A DNA stretch of 64,000 nucleotides. It comes from Bryobacterales bacterium. GTDB taxonomy: Bacteria > Acidobacteriota > Terriglobia > Bryobacterales > UBA6623. Below the pieces are notes generated by a model. It was given only the letters and a program-made list of their open reading frames with translations. It made no database searches and was not told the DNA's origin. Shown here piece after piece: positions 52,228-61,668 of the stretch. The position numbers and the translations under genes are program-made. The DNA is taken from contig CAXXRK020000007.1 in the NCBI GenBank assembly GCA_963666225.3, forward strand, positions 29,199 to 93,198, written 5' to 3'. Within the stretch, counting starts at the first letter, position 1. Every line of letters starts with the position of its first letter.

Positions 52228-52701
52228 CTACCGGTAGAGGCGCTCGAGGCGAAAGGTTTGGAATCGTCGCGCCCGGTCCTCCTCGTCCGAGTCATTCGGC
52301 CTTCGGACCGGAATGTCGGCTCCGCTGACCGAGTCCCGGGCAGCCGCTCGCTCCCGGGTGACCGCGAGCTCGTCGCCCTCCAGTGCCGCTCGAAATTGGT
52401 AGACGACAACGTTGATCTGGTTTCCCGCCTGTTCCATCGCCTCGACATCAAACGCGATCCCGGCATCGGAGACGCTGCCTTGCGTGATCGCGTCACTGAA
52501 GCCGCTGTCGTTGTAGACCTTGCCCCGCAGCACCGATCCTGCGTGGTGAAGCCGGAACGCGACATCCCTGGCGGGAGAGCGCCCATTCTGGGGGATCGTT
52601 CCGATCCATGTTCCGGTCAAGTTCTCAGGGGCCGGATTCTCACCCGCCAGGGCCAGCGTGACGCCGAGGACTGCGAGTGCGCAGGCGCGGAGGCTATGCA
52701 T
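52228..52701 (-). CDS. Hypothetical exported protein, translationally coupled to the DUF1552 gene
   Basis: Signal peptide MHSLRACALAVLGVTLALAG. Its ATG overlaps the DUF1552 stop (ATGCATAG). LTGTWIGT lipocalin-like start. Confidence 0.55.
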   Translation of the reverse strand: MHSLRACALAVLGVTLALAGENPAPENLTGTWIGTIPQNGRSPARDVAFRLHHAGSVLRGKVYNDSGFSDAITQGSVSDAGIAFDVEAMEQAGNQINVVVYQFRAALEGDELAVTRERAAARDSVSGADIPVRRPNDSDEEDRARRFQTFRLERLYR

Positions 52702-54040
52702 GCAGCAGGCCGCGCAGCGGCATCGTGCTGTCGGCGAATCGTTCCACCGGTGCCCCGAATGCGTCGAGCATCGCCACGTAGAGGTTCGCGAGGGGGTGGT
52801 CCTCCGGGTAGACGAGGTGCTGTCCGGTGTCTACGCGCCCGCCTCCCCGGCCGCCTAGCAGGATCGGGAGCTTGTGCGGGTCGTGCTTCTGGCCGTCCGA
52901 GAGCGCCGACGCAAACAGCACCATCGAGTTGTCCAAGACGCTGGACTCCCCTTCGCGCATGTTTCCGAGTCGCTCCAGCAAGTACGCGAACTGCTCCACA
53001 TGCCAGCGGTTGATGATCTTGTACTGGTCGAGCTTTTCCTTCTGACCGCCGTGGTGCGACACCTCGTGGTGTCCGGACGAGACCCCGTCGAGAAATCGGA
53101 AGCTGACGTTGCTCACCGCGTTGCCGAACATGAACGTCGCAATCCTCGTCATGTCAGCCTGGAAGGCGATCGCGATCATGTCCAGCATCAGGCGCACATG
53201 CTCCTGATGGCTGGCGGGCCGGTCGGTCGGGGCGTGGGCGGGATCGATCGGAGCGAGAGGCTGCCAGTCGTTTTGCTCGCGGTTCGCTGACCGCTCGATG
53301 CGTGCCTCGATGGACCGGACCGACGAGAGATACTCGTCGAGCCTCGCCTTGTCCGAGTGCCCGAGGGTGCCGCGCAGCCGCTTGGCGTCCCTGAGCACTC
53401 TGTCCAGTAAGAGCGAGTCCAGCTTGGCCTCCGACACCTGCGGGCCGCTGGCGGCCCGGAATAGCCGCTCGTAGGCCGCCCGCGGGTTCAGTTCCCGGGC
53501 GAGTGGCATGGTCGGGGTTGCCCAGGAGACATGGGAGCCGTAGACGCGGGTGTATCCGACCACCGCGTCGTTCCCGACGGCGACTGGCGTCACGCCCAGC
53601 TCCAACGACGGCAGTGGCGTCAGGTGCCCTCGGGCCTTGGCGGCAACTTGGTCGAACGACACGCCATTGCGCAGGTCGGCCCCTTGGGTTTTCTTGATCC
53701 GGGAACAGGTCAGGATCGATGTTTCCTTGACATAGTGGCCGTCACCGTCCTTGGCCTGCTCGTTCCAAAGGTTCGTCAACACGTTGACGTGCTGCCGCAT
53801 GTCTGTGAGGGGGGCCAAGCTGGGAGGCAGCTCAAAGGTTCTGCCAGCGCTTGCCGGCGTCCAGGTCTCGGGATAAGCGCCATTCGGCATGTAGAGCGCT
53901 GCCACCCGGACCGGGCTCTCGGCGCGGCCGCCCCGATTACCTGAGGCAGCTATTGCCTCCAGCCATGGCAGGGCCAGCGCGACGCCACTGCCCCGGAGGA
54001 GTGCGCGTCTGGAAATACGAGATGTCCGAACTGTCGTCAT
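52694..54040 (-). CDS. DUF1552 domain protein (Tat-like signal)
   Basis: SRRALLRGSGVALALPWLE N-terminus and the HHEVSHHG motif typical of DUF1552. Start taken at ATG 54040 (the ORF extends to GTG 54055). Confidence 0.8.
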   Translation of the reverse strand: MTTVRTSRISRRALLRGSGVALALPWLEAIAASGNRGGRAESPVRVAALYMPNGAYPETWTPASAGRTFELPPSLAPLTDMRQHVNVLTNLWNEQAKDGDGHYVKETSILTCSRIKKTQGADLRNGVSFDQVAAKARGHLTPLPSLELGVTPVAVGNDAVVGYTRVYGSHVSWATPTMPLARELNPRAAYERLFRAASGPQVSEAKLDSLLLDRVLRDAKRLRGTLGHSDKARLDEYLSSVRSIEARIERSANREQNDWQPLAPIDPAHAPTDRPASHQEHVRLMLDMIAIAFQADMTRIATFMFGNAVSNVSFRFLDGVSSGHHEVSHHGGQKEKLDQYKIINRWHVEQFAYLLERLGNMREGESSVLDNSMVLFASALSDGQKHDPHKLPILLGGRGGGRVDTGQHLVYPEDHPLANLYVAMLDAFGAPVERFADSTMPLRGLLHA

Positions 54041-54284
54041 CTGGCTTGCCCCCACCTACCCGGCGTCAGTCGGGACCGAGCCGAGGCGCTCCGCCATTGG
54101 CGCTTCGGGCCCGTCCCAACGGGATGTCCCGCTTGCTCCGCGCCGCGTCAGGCAAGTGCCCGCAGCGGAGAGTGTGTGCCGGTTACACCCAACAGGATAG
54201 ACCAGATCGGGGAATCCGCGCCCCGTGTGCTCGCGCTAGATCGTAGCTAGAACGGAGGGGGGTTAGTCGTGTCGAACAGCAGTA

Positions 54285-54686
54285 GTGCGATTTGGTCTGC
54301 GCATGCTGAAGCCGGGCACAGCCGATTGGTTGCGCGAGGCTCTCCGGAAGCAAACGCTCTCGCGGGCGGCCTTGGCACGCCAGCTGTGTGAGCTGGACGG
54401 CTGGCGCAACCGGAAAGATGAGCTGTGTGCGGCCTTGGCTCGCAAGGGCCTGCTAAGGCTGGCGGCGGAGCTAGGTCTGCCCTTGCTGGAGTGCCTGGCG
54501 TTCGACGCCGCTACGGCCTGGCAGGTCTCCTCGCCGGCGCGCTACGCGCGGGATGCGCCGCGGACACCGGTGGGCGAAGTGTTGACCTGGGACGAGATTA
54601 AGGTCCTGTGGGCCCTGGTGCGGGCGGACGATCTGTGGCCGGGGGCCGAGCGGGACTGCGCGCCACCGAGCGACATCCGGACCTGA
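54285..54686 (+). pseudogene. Possible remnant of a DUF4338 (DruA-like) family gene: N-terminal HTH-like region only
   Basis: LSRAALARQLCELDGWRNRKDELCAALARKGLLRLAAELGLPL resembles, from memory, the N-terminus of DUF4338 proteins. The conserved C-terminal part is not recognisable downstream. Confidence 0.3.
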
Positions 54687-55633
54687 GTGATGTGGCTGGC
54701 GATGACGACCGGCTTCCTGCCCTCGAAGCGCCGACCCCTGCCGGGCGACACCGTGCTCTGGCGGGCCCGCGCCGATTTGGGGCACTCTGTGCGGGTCGAG
54801 CAGAAGCGGCCGGAGCCGATCCTCATCAGGCCCGATTTCGCGGAGCCGCCGAACGCAGCCCGGTCGCAGGCCATGGAGTCCCGGTAGCGCCAAGCCGGAA
54901 AGCTCGGGCCTAGCGCGACAGCTCGCGGCGAACCACAGGGGCCTTCACCGGGGGGGCAAAGCCGGAGAACGTCCGCCAGTCCGTCTGGAGCCGGTGTGGG
55001 GTCGGCCAGTCTGTTGGCTGAACCCCGCACCCACCCATGGTTTGGCCGCAGTCGCCGGCCATCGGAGGCGCTGGCGTCCAAGGGACAGCGGCCGCCCACT
55101 CCCCCGTCCAATCTTTCCGAGGACGGCGGCTTGAAGCACGCCCAGAACGCCTCTGGGCACTAGACTCGTCTGCACCGCTGCTGCCATCCTCCAGACTTGG
55201 CCCACCGCCCCGGGGACTTTCATAGATTCGGCCAGGCTAACTTCAACTCGCAACTGAAAGTAAGAGTCAAAGACGCTTCCGCGCTAGCTCTGCCCAGCAT
55301 GATCGTGCCGGTTCCCGTGCTACCGTCCAGTTACTCTCTGGCGGGGCCAGCCCACGGACTGTGGATCTCGAAAAACGCTGACGATTGAAGGGCCGATGCC
55401 CACCCGTGCCCGGCAGCGAACCTTGCCGGTCGTCGAGGCTCAGGCGACCGGGCCCAATGCCAACCGAGCGGTCTCGGGGCCATCCTCTGCTGGCAGTTGC
55501 GGTTCGATGGTGGTCCGCAGGGCTCGTTTCGCGATTCACCGCATAATCATCGAGGCCGGGCGGCGGTGCTACCCTGCCCTTTGACGCCGACGCGGTCCTG
55601 ACTTGTAGCGGCGGCGAGCATCACCAACCCACC

Positions 55634-56749
55634 ATGGATCCGGCAGTCAACCTTGGCAAGCCCAAAGACGAGAAGTCACGCAACACCATTGACAAGCCGC
55701 ACGACGCTCTCTTCCAAGGGCTGCTCTCGGACCCGCTGCGCTCGCAGTCCGTGCTGCAGGCGCACCTGGAGCGGTGGACGCTGGAGCTGCTGGCCGACGA
55801 ATTGCCAGTGCCGCTGGACCCCAGCTTCGTGGACCAGGCCTTGCGTCGGAGCCAGAGCGACAAGCTGCTACAGGTGACGCTCAAGGATGGCGAGCCGGGC
55901 TACGTGTATGCCCTGCTGGAGCACAAGTCCTATCCGGACGCAGGTACGGCGCTGCAGATCTCAACGTACAAGAGCCGTATCTGGGAACGGTACGCCCAAG
56001 GCCGAGCGAGCAGGCTCCGGGCGCTGCCGACGATCATCCCTGTCGTGTTCTATCACGGGGAAGAGGAGTGGACGGCACCGATGTCGATTCGGGAAATGCT
56101 GCGGACCCGGGACGAACGGTCGCGGAAACTGGAGCCAGCGCTTGGGTATTATCTGCGGGACTTGAGAAGGATTCCAGCGGAGCAACTGGCATCCGACCGG
56201 GCAGCGCGGGCGGGTTTGATCGCGCTGCGCCACTCGCATGCGCGCAGCCAGGACGAGCGGCTGCGGGAACTGCCCGAAGTAGTGGCCGGGCCACGGTCGG
56301 GATCGGAGTACGAGAAGCAGGTTTTCATGTATCTTATGAACATCTGGGGCATCGCGTCCGAAACGCTGGGAGACGTTGCGGAAGTAGTCAAACCGAGGAG
56401 GGGTAAGGCCGTGGTTGGACAGATCGTGCAGGAACTCATTGATCGGGGCAAGGCGCAGGGGTTGACGCAAGGGCTGATCAAGGGCGAGGCCAAGGGGCTG
56501 ATCAAGGGCGAGGCCAAGGGCGAGGCCAGGGGGCTGATCAAGGGCGAGGCCAAGGGGCTGATCAAGGGCGAGGCCAAGGGCCTGGCTGGTGCCTTGACAC
56601 GACTCTTGGAGCGTCGGTTCGGCATGCTGCCGCGTGCAGTCCGTAGGTGGATCGCAACGGCCCCGGCGAGTGAGCTGGACGCTCGGTTCATCGACTCCTT
56701 GGACGCCAAGTCTCTCGCCGAGGTGTTTCCGGGGCTTGATTGGAACTGA
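55634..56749 (+). CDS. Rpn-family recombination-promoting nuclease / putative transposase (YhgA-like, PD-(D/E)XK)
   Basis: HDALFQGLL...DKLLQVTLKDGEPGYVYALLEHKSYPD nuclease core. C-terminal low-complexity (GLIKGEAK)n linker, then the LLERRFG...L..W tail typical of the family. Confidence 0.8.
   Translation: MDPAVNLGKPKDEKSRNTIDKPHDALFQGLLSDPLRSQSVLQAHLERWTLELLADELPVPLDPSFVDQALRRSQSDKLLQVTLKDGEPGYVYALLEHKSYPDAGTALQISTYKSRIWERYAQGRASRLRALPTIIPVVFYHGEEEWTAPMSIREMLRTRDERSRKLEPALGYYLRDLRRIPAEQLASDRAARAGLIALRHSHARSQDERLRELPEVVAGPRSGSEYEKQVFMYLMNIWGIASETLGDVAEVVKPRRGKAVVGQIVQELIDRGKAQGLTQGLIKGEAKGLIKGEAKGEARGLIKGEAKGLIKGEAKGLAGALTRLLERRFGMLPRAVRRWIATAPASELDARFIDSLDAKSLAEVFPGLDWN
56471..56578 (+). repeat. 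Perfect 24-nt tandem repeat (4 full copies plus one 12-nt partial) inside the Rpn-family gene
   Basis: gggctgatcaagggcgaggccaag occurs at 56471, 56495, 56531 and 56555. A 12-nt ggcgaggccagg lies at 56519. The repeat encodes GLIKGEAK units. Confidence 0.9.
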
Positions 56750-57068
56750 GGAATCCGCTGGTCGCGAGCCGCCCGGAGGTTCGCCTTGATCTGCACCAGG
56801 TCGGACCACAATGCTAACCGCGCGTGGGTTTTCAGGTTGTCCCGGCGAGTACGCGGCGCGCCGGAGTCAACCCGGGAAATTGGAAATACTGACGGTCCCA
56901 GGACAGTCGGCCGCGAGAGAGCGAACCAGCGTCTGAGCGCCGGCCGGAGGCACGGGTTGCCTCTGCGGCCACTTGCCCCGCATTGGAAGTGAACTTGCTC
57001 TCGCAAGCCGGCAAGTGCCTGCGATGCTCGGGAAAGTGCGGCACATGACCGGCCACTGCAATGCCCGA

Positions 57069-58037
57069 TTACTCCCGGAATGGCTCGCTCAGCACGATTC
57101 CGCGGATCAGGGACCAAGCCTCGTAGTTGTTCCGGGCTACCTCGTCCACGATCGTCTCGGTCGCGCAGGTGTCTGCCGGTACCAGCCCCCGTCCCAGCGC
57201 GTAGCCCAGCATCCGCCGGGCAAGGTTCCGAACGAATAGGCGCTTGCGGGCTAGGAGCACTTGCTTGAGTCCGCCCGGCCCATCGAACTCGGTCCCGTCG
57301 GGGAGTCGGCCAGAAGTGTCGATTGGGCCGCCTGCGTCCGTTTCCCGCCAGCGGCCAAGGACGTCGTAAGCCTCGAGAGCGAAGCCGAGCGGGTCGATCC
57401 GATCGTGGCACCCGGCGCATGAGGGGCTGCGGCTGTGCGCGGCGAGTACCTCCCTGGCGCCCCGGCCCGCCCGGGCATGCTCGGGGGCGTCGAGTTCTGG
57501 CACGTCCGGTGGCGGTGGAGGCGGCGGCGTGCCGAGGATGGAGTCCAAGACCCACACACCGCGCAGCACGGGGCTGGTTCGATGGGCGTGCGACGCAAGA
57601 GCGGCGACCGCCGGCATGCTCAGCAGGCCTCCCCGGTCGACACCTTCGGGGAGCGGCATCCAGTTCGGGTTCTTGCCGTCCTGCTCCTTCTTCATGGGCA
57701 GCCCGAGATGCTCGATCAGACCTCGCGTCAAGATCGTGCCGTCGGAGTCCAGAAAGTCCAGCAGCGACCGATTCTCGCGAAAGATCTCGCGAAAGAAGAA
57801 GACCGGTTGCAGCCGAATGTCACCCCGCAGTTCCGCGCTCGATGCGAACTCCGGGAACAGTTCGGGATCTGGACTGTCAGGCCCTTCGAGCCCTCTCGTT
57901 CTCAGCCACTGCTCCGTGAACCGGGTCGCGAATTCCAGAGCCCGGTCATCGCGGAGCATCCGGGGCACCAATCGCGCCAAGACATGCGGATCGTCCATCC
58001 GCCCGTCCGCCGCCACGTCGAGCAGCAACTCGTCCGG
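57069..58037 (-). pseudogene. DUF1592/DUF1588/DUF1585-family protein, C-terminal fragment (gene split by IS insertion)
   Basis: ...DELLLDVAADGRMDDPHVLARLVPRMLRDDRALEFATRFTEQWL (DUF1592-like), LLSMPAVAALASHAHRTSPVLRG (DUF1588-like) and SCAGCHDRIDPLGFALEAYD (DUF1585-like). Confidence 0.8.
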
Positions 58038-58374
58038 GGGTGCACGACACGATTCTGACTTTCTCGGATTCTCCCTGAGGCGGATCGCACGACCTAGGAG
58101 GAGGGACGTGTGGGTACGGGGTGATCGCAGAGGAGTCTTGTAGAGCAAGCAGTGCCTCGGAAAAGGTAGCGAGAGCGGCTTTCTTGGTGAGTGGACCTGT
58201 GCCTCAGGCGGGTCCGGTGATGAGCTCTGGGTGTCAGCTTGGGGCCTTCCCGAAGGGATAGCTGTCGGCTCAGTAGCTCCGGATGCAACTCAGCGGCGAG
58301 CACCTAGCGGAGCGCTGTCGCCTGGGCAGCAGCCGGTCTGGGCTGTCTGCCGCTGCACTGCTGAAACTGTACAC

Positions 58375-58402
58375 TTGACTCCTTGTCTGTTAGCGGTATA
58401 CA
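58375..58402 (+). promoter_or_regulatory. Sigma70-like promoter candidate for the ISKra4 transposase (TTGACT-N16-TATACA)
   Basis: TTGACT at 58375..58380 and TATACA at 58397..58402, about 20 nt upstream of GTG 58424. Overlaps the inverted repeat TGTTAG-N9-CTAACA. Confidence 0.4.
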
Positions 58403-58423
58403 CTAACAAACACAGGACGTCCC

Positions 58424-58837
58424 GTGCCCGCCCCACCCGACTCATCAAATCTTCAGAAACGCCGACAGGCGTTGCTCGCAAGACTCGGCGCATTGGGCGA
58501 CCTGCGCCCCGGCTCCCTCGTGCAGAACTACCGCCGTTGTGGCAAGTCCACCTGTTTCTGTGCCGACAAGCAGAAGCCCGGTCACGGGCCCTACTGGCTG
58601 CTCACCCGCTCCGTCAACGGCAAAACCCGCAGCCAGTCCATCCCGGCCTCTCAAGTCAAGCAGACTCAAGCACAGATCGCAGAGTGCCAGCGTCTGCGGC
58701 GTCTGGTTGCGGAACTGATCGACGTCAGTGACGAACTGTGCCGCTCGCGGCTCGGCAAGGGCACCAGTGCCGTAAAAAAAAAGCCTGCGCGCAAGCCTTC
58801 GCCCCGGCGCTCGAAGCCGAAATCGACCGCTTCGTAG
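58424..58837 (+). CDS. ISKra4-family transposase, N-terminal ORF (zinc-ribbon DUF6788-like); probably fused to the next ORF by a -1 frameshift
   Basis: RRCGKSTCFCADKQKPGHGPYWLLTRSVNGKT motif. Contains the A9 run at 58774..58782. Confidence 0.75.
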   Translation: MPAPPDSSNLQKRRQALLARLGALGDLRPGSLVQNYRRCGKSTCFCADKQKPGHGPYWLLTRSVNGKTRSQSIPASQVKQTQAQIAECQRLRRLVAELIDVSDELCRSRLGKGTSAVKKKPARKPSPRRSKPKSTAS

Positions 58838-60135
58838 CCCCCGGCTCTGTGGACGAGATCGACCTCGAGGCGTTCGAAGGGCACGTGCGGCAGCAAGCTC
58901 TGCAGTTGGCAGCACGGGCGGTCGAGAGGCGGCTCAACGCCGACCACTCCGACGGCGAGCAGCGGCCCTGCAAGTGCCGTTGTGGTCAGCCCGCCCGCTA
59001 CGCGGGCCGCTTTCCCAAGACGTTTGAGACGGCTTTGGGGCCCTTGCAACTGCGGCGGGCCTACTATCACTGCCAGCAGTGCGGTACGGGCTACTACCCG
59101 CGAGACGCAGCCTTGGGCCTGCAAGCCACCAGCCTGTCGCCGGCAGTCACGCGCATGACAGGCTCGGCAGCCGTGTTGGCCAGTTTCCAAAGGGCCTCGG
59201 AACTGCTGTCCGAGGTGGGCGGCGTCAGGGTCAATGCCAAGCGCGTGGAGCGTGTCGCTGAGGCGCTCGGTCGCGAGATCGCAGCCGCCGAGAGCGCGGC
59301 TGTGTTCGACTGCGAACCCCCTGCTGCACCCACGATGTACCTCGGCATCGACGGAACCGGGGTGCCGATGCGCCCCACGGAAGTGGCCGGGCGCAGCGGC
59401 AAGCAGGCCGACGGCTCGGCTGTCACGCGTGAGGCCAAGGTGATCGTGATCTGGACAGCGGAACAGTACGACGAAGACGGCCGTGCGGCCTGCGATGCCG
59501 GCTCGGCAACCTACTCGGCCGCGATCGACAGCGCGGCCACGCGCGACACCGATCCGGAGCAGTCCGCCTTTGCCCGTCGAGTATGGCGGGAAGCCCAGCG
59601 GCGTGGCTTCCGACAAGCCTCACGCCGCGTCATCCTCGGTGATGGTGCCAAGTGGATTTGGCGAGTGGCCTCCGAATTGTTCCCGGGTGCCATCCAGATC
59701 GTTGACTTCTACCACGTAGCCGAACGACTTTGGGAGGTTGCCAAGGACCTGCTGCGAGACGATCGGGCAGCGGTTGAGACTTGGGCCGAGGCTCGCTGCT
59801 CGGAACTCAGGGAGGGGTTCCTCGACACTTTGCTGGCAACGCTGAAGGCTCATGCCAGCCATAGCAAGAAGGCTGCCGAATGCATGGCGTACATCGAGGC
59901 CAACCGCGAGCGCATGCGCTACGCGGACTTCCGAGCACAAGGACTGCAGATTGGTTCCGGGGTTGTAGAGGCGGGCTGCAAGAGTGTTGTCGCAGTACGG
60001 CTCAAACAGGCTGGCATGCGCTGGAGCAAGGACGGTGCGGAGGGCATCCTGGCATTGCGCGCTTGCATCCTGGGCGGGCGCTATGAAGACTTCTGGGCAT
60101 GGCGCTCGGAATCACAGCACGCAACTGCCGCCTGA
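58738..60135 (+). CDS. ISKra4-family transposase, catalytic ORF (-1 frame relative to 58424..58837)
   Basis: CKCRCGQPARY...YYHCQQCGTGYYPRD zinc finger. IDGTGVPMR..., ILGDGAKWIW...IVDFYHVAERLW and GSGVVEAGCKSVV...MRWS motifs typical of ISKra4 transposases. Confidence 0.85.
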   Translation: MPLAARQGHQCRKKKACAQAFAPALEAEIDRFVAPGSVDEIDLEAFEGHVRQQALQLAARAVERRLNADHSDGEQRPCKCRCGQPARYAGRFPKTFETALGPLQLRRAYYHCQQCGTGYYPRDAALGLQATSLSPAVTRMTGSAAVLASFQRASELLSEVGGVRVNAKRVERVAEALGREIAAAESAAVFDCEPPAAPTMYLGIDGTGVPMRPTEVAGRSGKQADGSAVTREAKVIVIWTAEQYDEDGRAACDAGSATYSAAIDSAATRDTDPEQSAFARRVWREAQRRGFRQASRRVILGDGAKWIWRVASELFPGAIQIVDFYHVAERLWEVAKDLLRDDRAAVETWAEARCSELREGFLDTLLATLKAHASHSKKAAECMAYIEANRERMRYADFRAQGLQIGSGVVEAGCKSVVAVRLKQAGMRWSKDGAEGILALRACILGGRYEDFWAWRSESQHATAA

Positions 60136-60293
60136 CCATAGAGAGCCGAATCTTCCCACCACACCCCGGCCGAACGTTCCCGAACGATCAGAATGCGATG
60201 GGTCGTGTTCTCCCGCCTTGCACCCGCTCTCCAAGATCAGTTGGACTTCAACCCACCGGTATACCGGGAAAATCAAAACCTTGTCGTGCACCC

Positions 60294-61214
60294 CTCGTCC
60301 GGCATCGTGCCCCAAAGGAAGTAAGACAGGCGTGACGCGAGCGCGTACTGCCTCAGGTGCGGATCTCCGGCAAGGCTCGGCAGGTGGAACACGAACGCGG
60401 GCGACACCAGCACGCTCTCCAGCGCGAAGAAGATGGCCGGCTCGAAATCCAGCCCCCGCCGTCGGGCTTTGCGGAAGAGCGCGACGTACGATCCGACCGT
60501 CGCTGCCGGCACGGGACGCCGGAATGCCCGGGGCAAGAAACCCGCCAACACTCGCCGAGCTGCCTCGGGCTCGCTGACGCCGTCACCGGGGTACGCGACG
60601 AACAGCCGCCTCCGGGACTTGAACTCCTTTGAGGCAACGTCGGCCAAGAACTTTGCAACCTCGAGATACTTCTCCGCTAGGAGCGGGGAGACGAAGAGCG
60701 TCTCGGCGGCATTGTCAAAGCCCTCGCCCCCGGGCCCGTCCTCGGGGAACATTTCCCTGACATCCACTTGGATGTCGAACAGATCGCGAACCGTGGCGCT
60801 GTACTCGTCACGGTTCAGCCTTCGCAGCCGCGCCGGAACTGGCCTCAGACCTGCGGAGCACTCGCGGCTCCTCCATGTAGCGTCGAGCCACTCCAAGAAC
60901 CGAGTTCGCTCGTCCGCGGGAGGCTTCGTGGCGCCGTCCGGCGGCATCTCGTTGTTTGAGACTCTGGATGCGATGGAGATCCATGCGTCGGGCTGCTCGC
61001 TGAAGGAGCCGATGCCCGACAGGATGTCCGTTCGAAAGCCGGACGCGGCTGACTCGCCGCTGTGGCACGCGGCGCACCTCCGGTCCAGAAACGCGCGCGC
61101 TTCGCCAAACCCGTAACCGGGGCTTGCCCGCAGGTCGAGGCCGGCGCCGATGGTCAGGGCGCAGGCAAGCGCCAGCAGCTGGTTCCGGGCGCCCTCTTGA
61201 GCCAAGCCCGTCAT
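60294..61214 (-). pseudogene. DUF1592-family protein, N-terminal fragment (cytochrome-c CxxCH, DUF1587/DUF1595-like)
   Basis: RCAACHSG heme motif, RRLNRDEYSATVRDLF (DUF1587-like), FLPRAFRRPV (DUF1595-like) and ...LSYFLWGTMPDE, which runs straight into the IS. Start set at ATG 61214. Confidence 0.8.
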
Positions 61215-61668
61215 CCCCGATTGCGTTGATGCGCGCGCAACGACACGGCGGGCACTGCTTGGTCTCCCAGCGTTGCGGCCAGTGACGGCTGAGAAGCGCC
61301 AGCTGGCCACTGGGACTCAGGCCGAAATGTGTGACGCGTGACCGGAACGAGCCTCGCCATCGCCGGAAGCCTCAGTCCGCTCGGAGGCTCCATTATAGAG
61401 TCGCGCTGGCCCGAAAGGGTCGCCGAACGGTCGCCCGGCAGAATTGCGCAGCCGCCCTCGGCGCGATCTCCGATGCCGGGATCCGATCTGGATCCCGGCA
61501 GTCTCGGACGGGCACAATCGCAGAGCGCCGTTGCTCCCGGTGCAGTGGCTATTCCGGCACAGCACCGGGAAGCCGGATGCAGACAGCCCGGACACAGCGA
61601 TCAGCGGGCAGGTGCCATTCGCGAAGCGGTCACACGCCCCCCGAGCGATGCCACGGGTCTGTCGGCGA

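Larger units (their letters stand above)
58038..60293 (+). mobile_element. ISKra4-family insertion sequence, intact-looking recent insertion
   Basis: Perfect 12-bp terminal IRs GGGTGCACGACA (58038..58049; rc of 60282..60293), extending to about 22/26. 9-bp target-site duplication CTCGTCCGG (58029..58037 and 60294..60302). Removing the IS plus one TSD restores the host ORF in frame. Confidence 0.9.

Noticed and set aside
56471-56578. Regularly spaced direct repeats that could suggest a CRISPR array
   Set aside because: The repeats are contiguous with no spacers, are 24 nt long, lie in frame inside the Rpn-family CDS and encode GLIKGEAK units. No cas genes are present.
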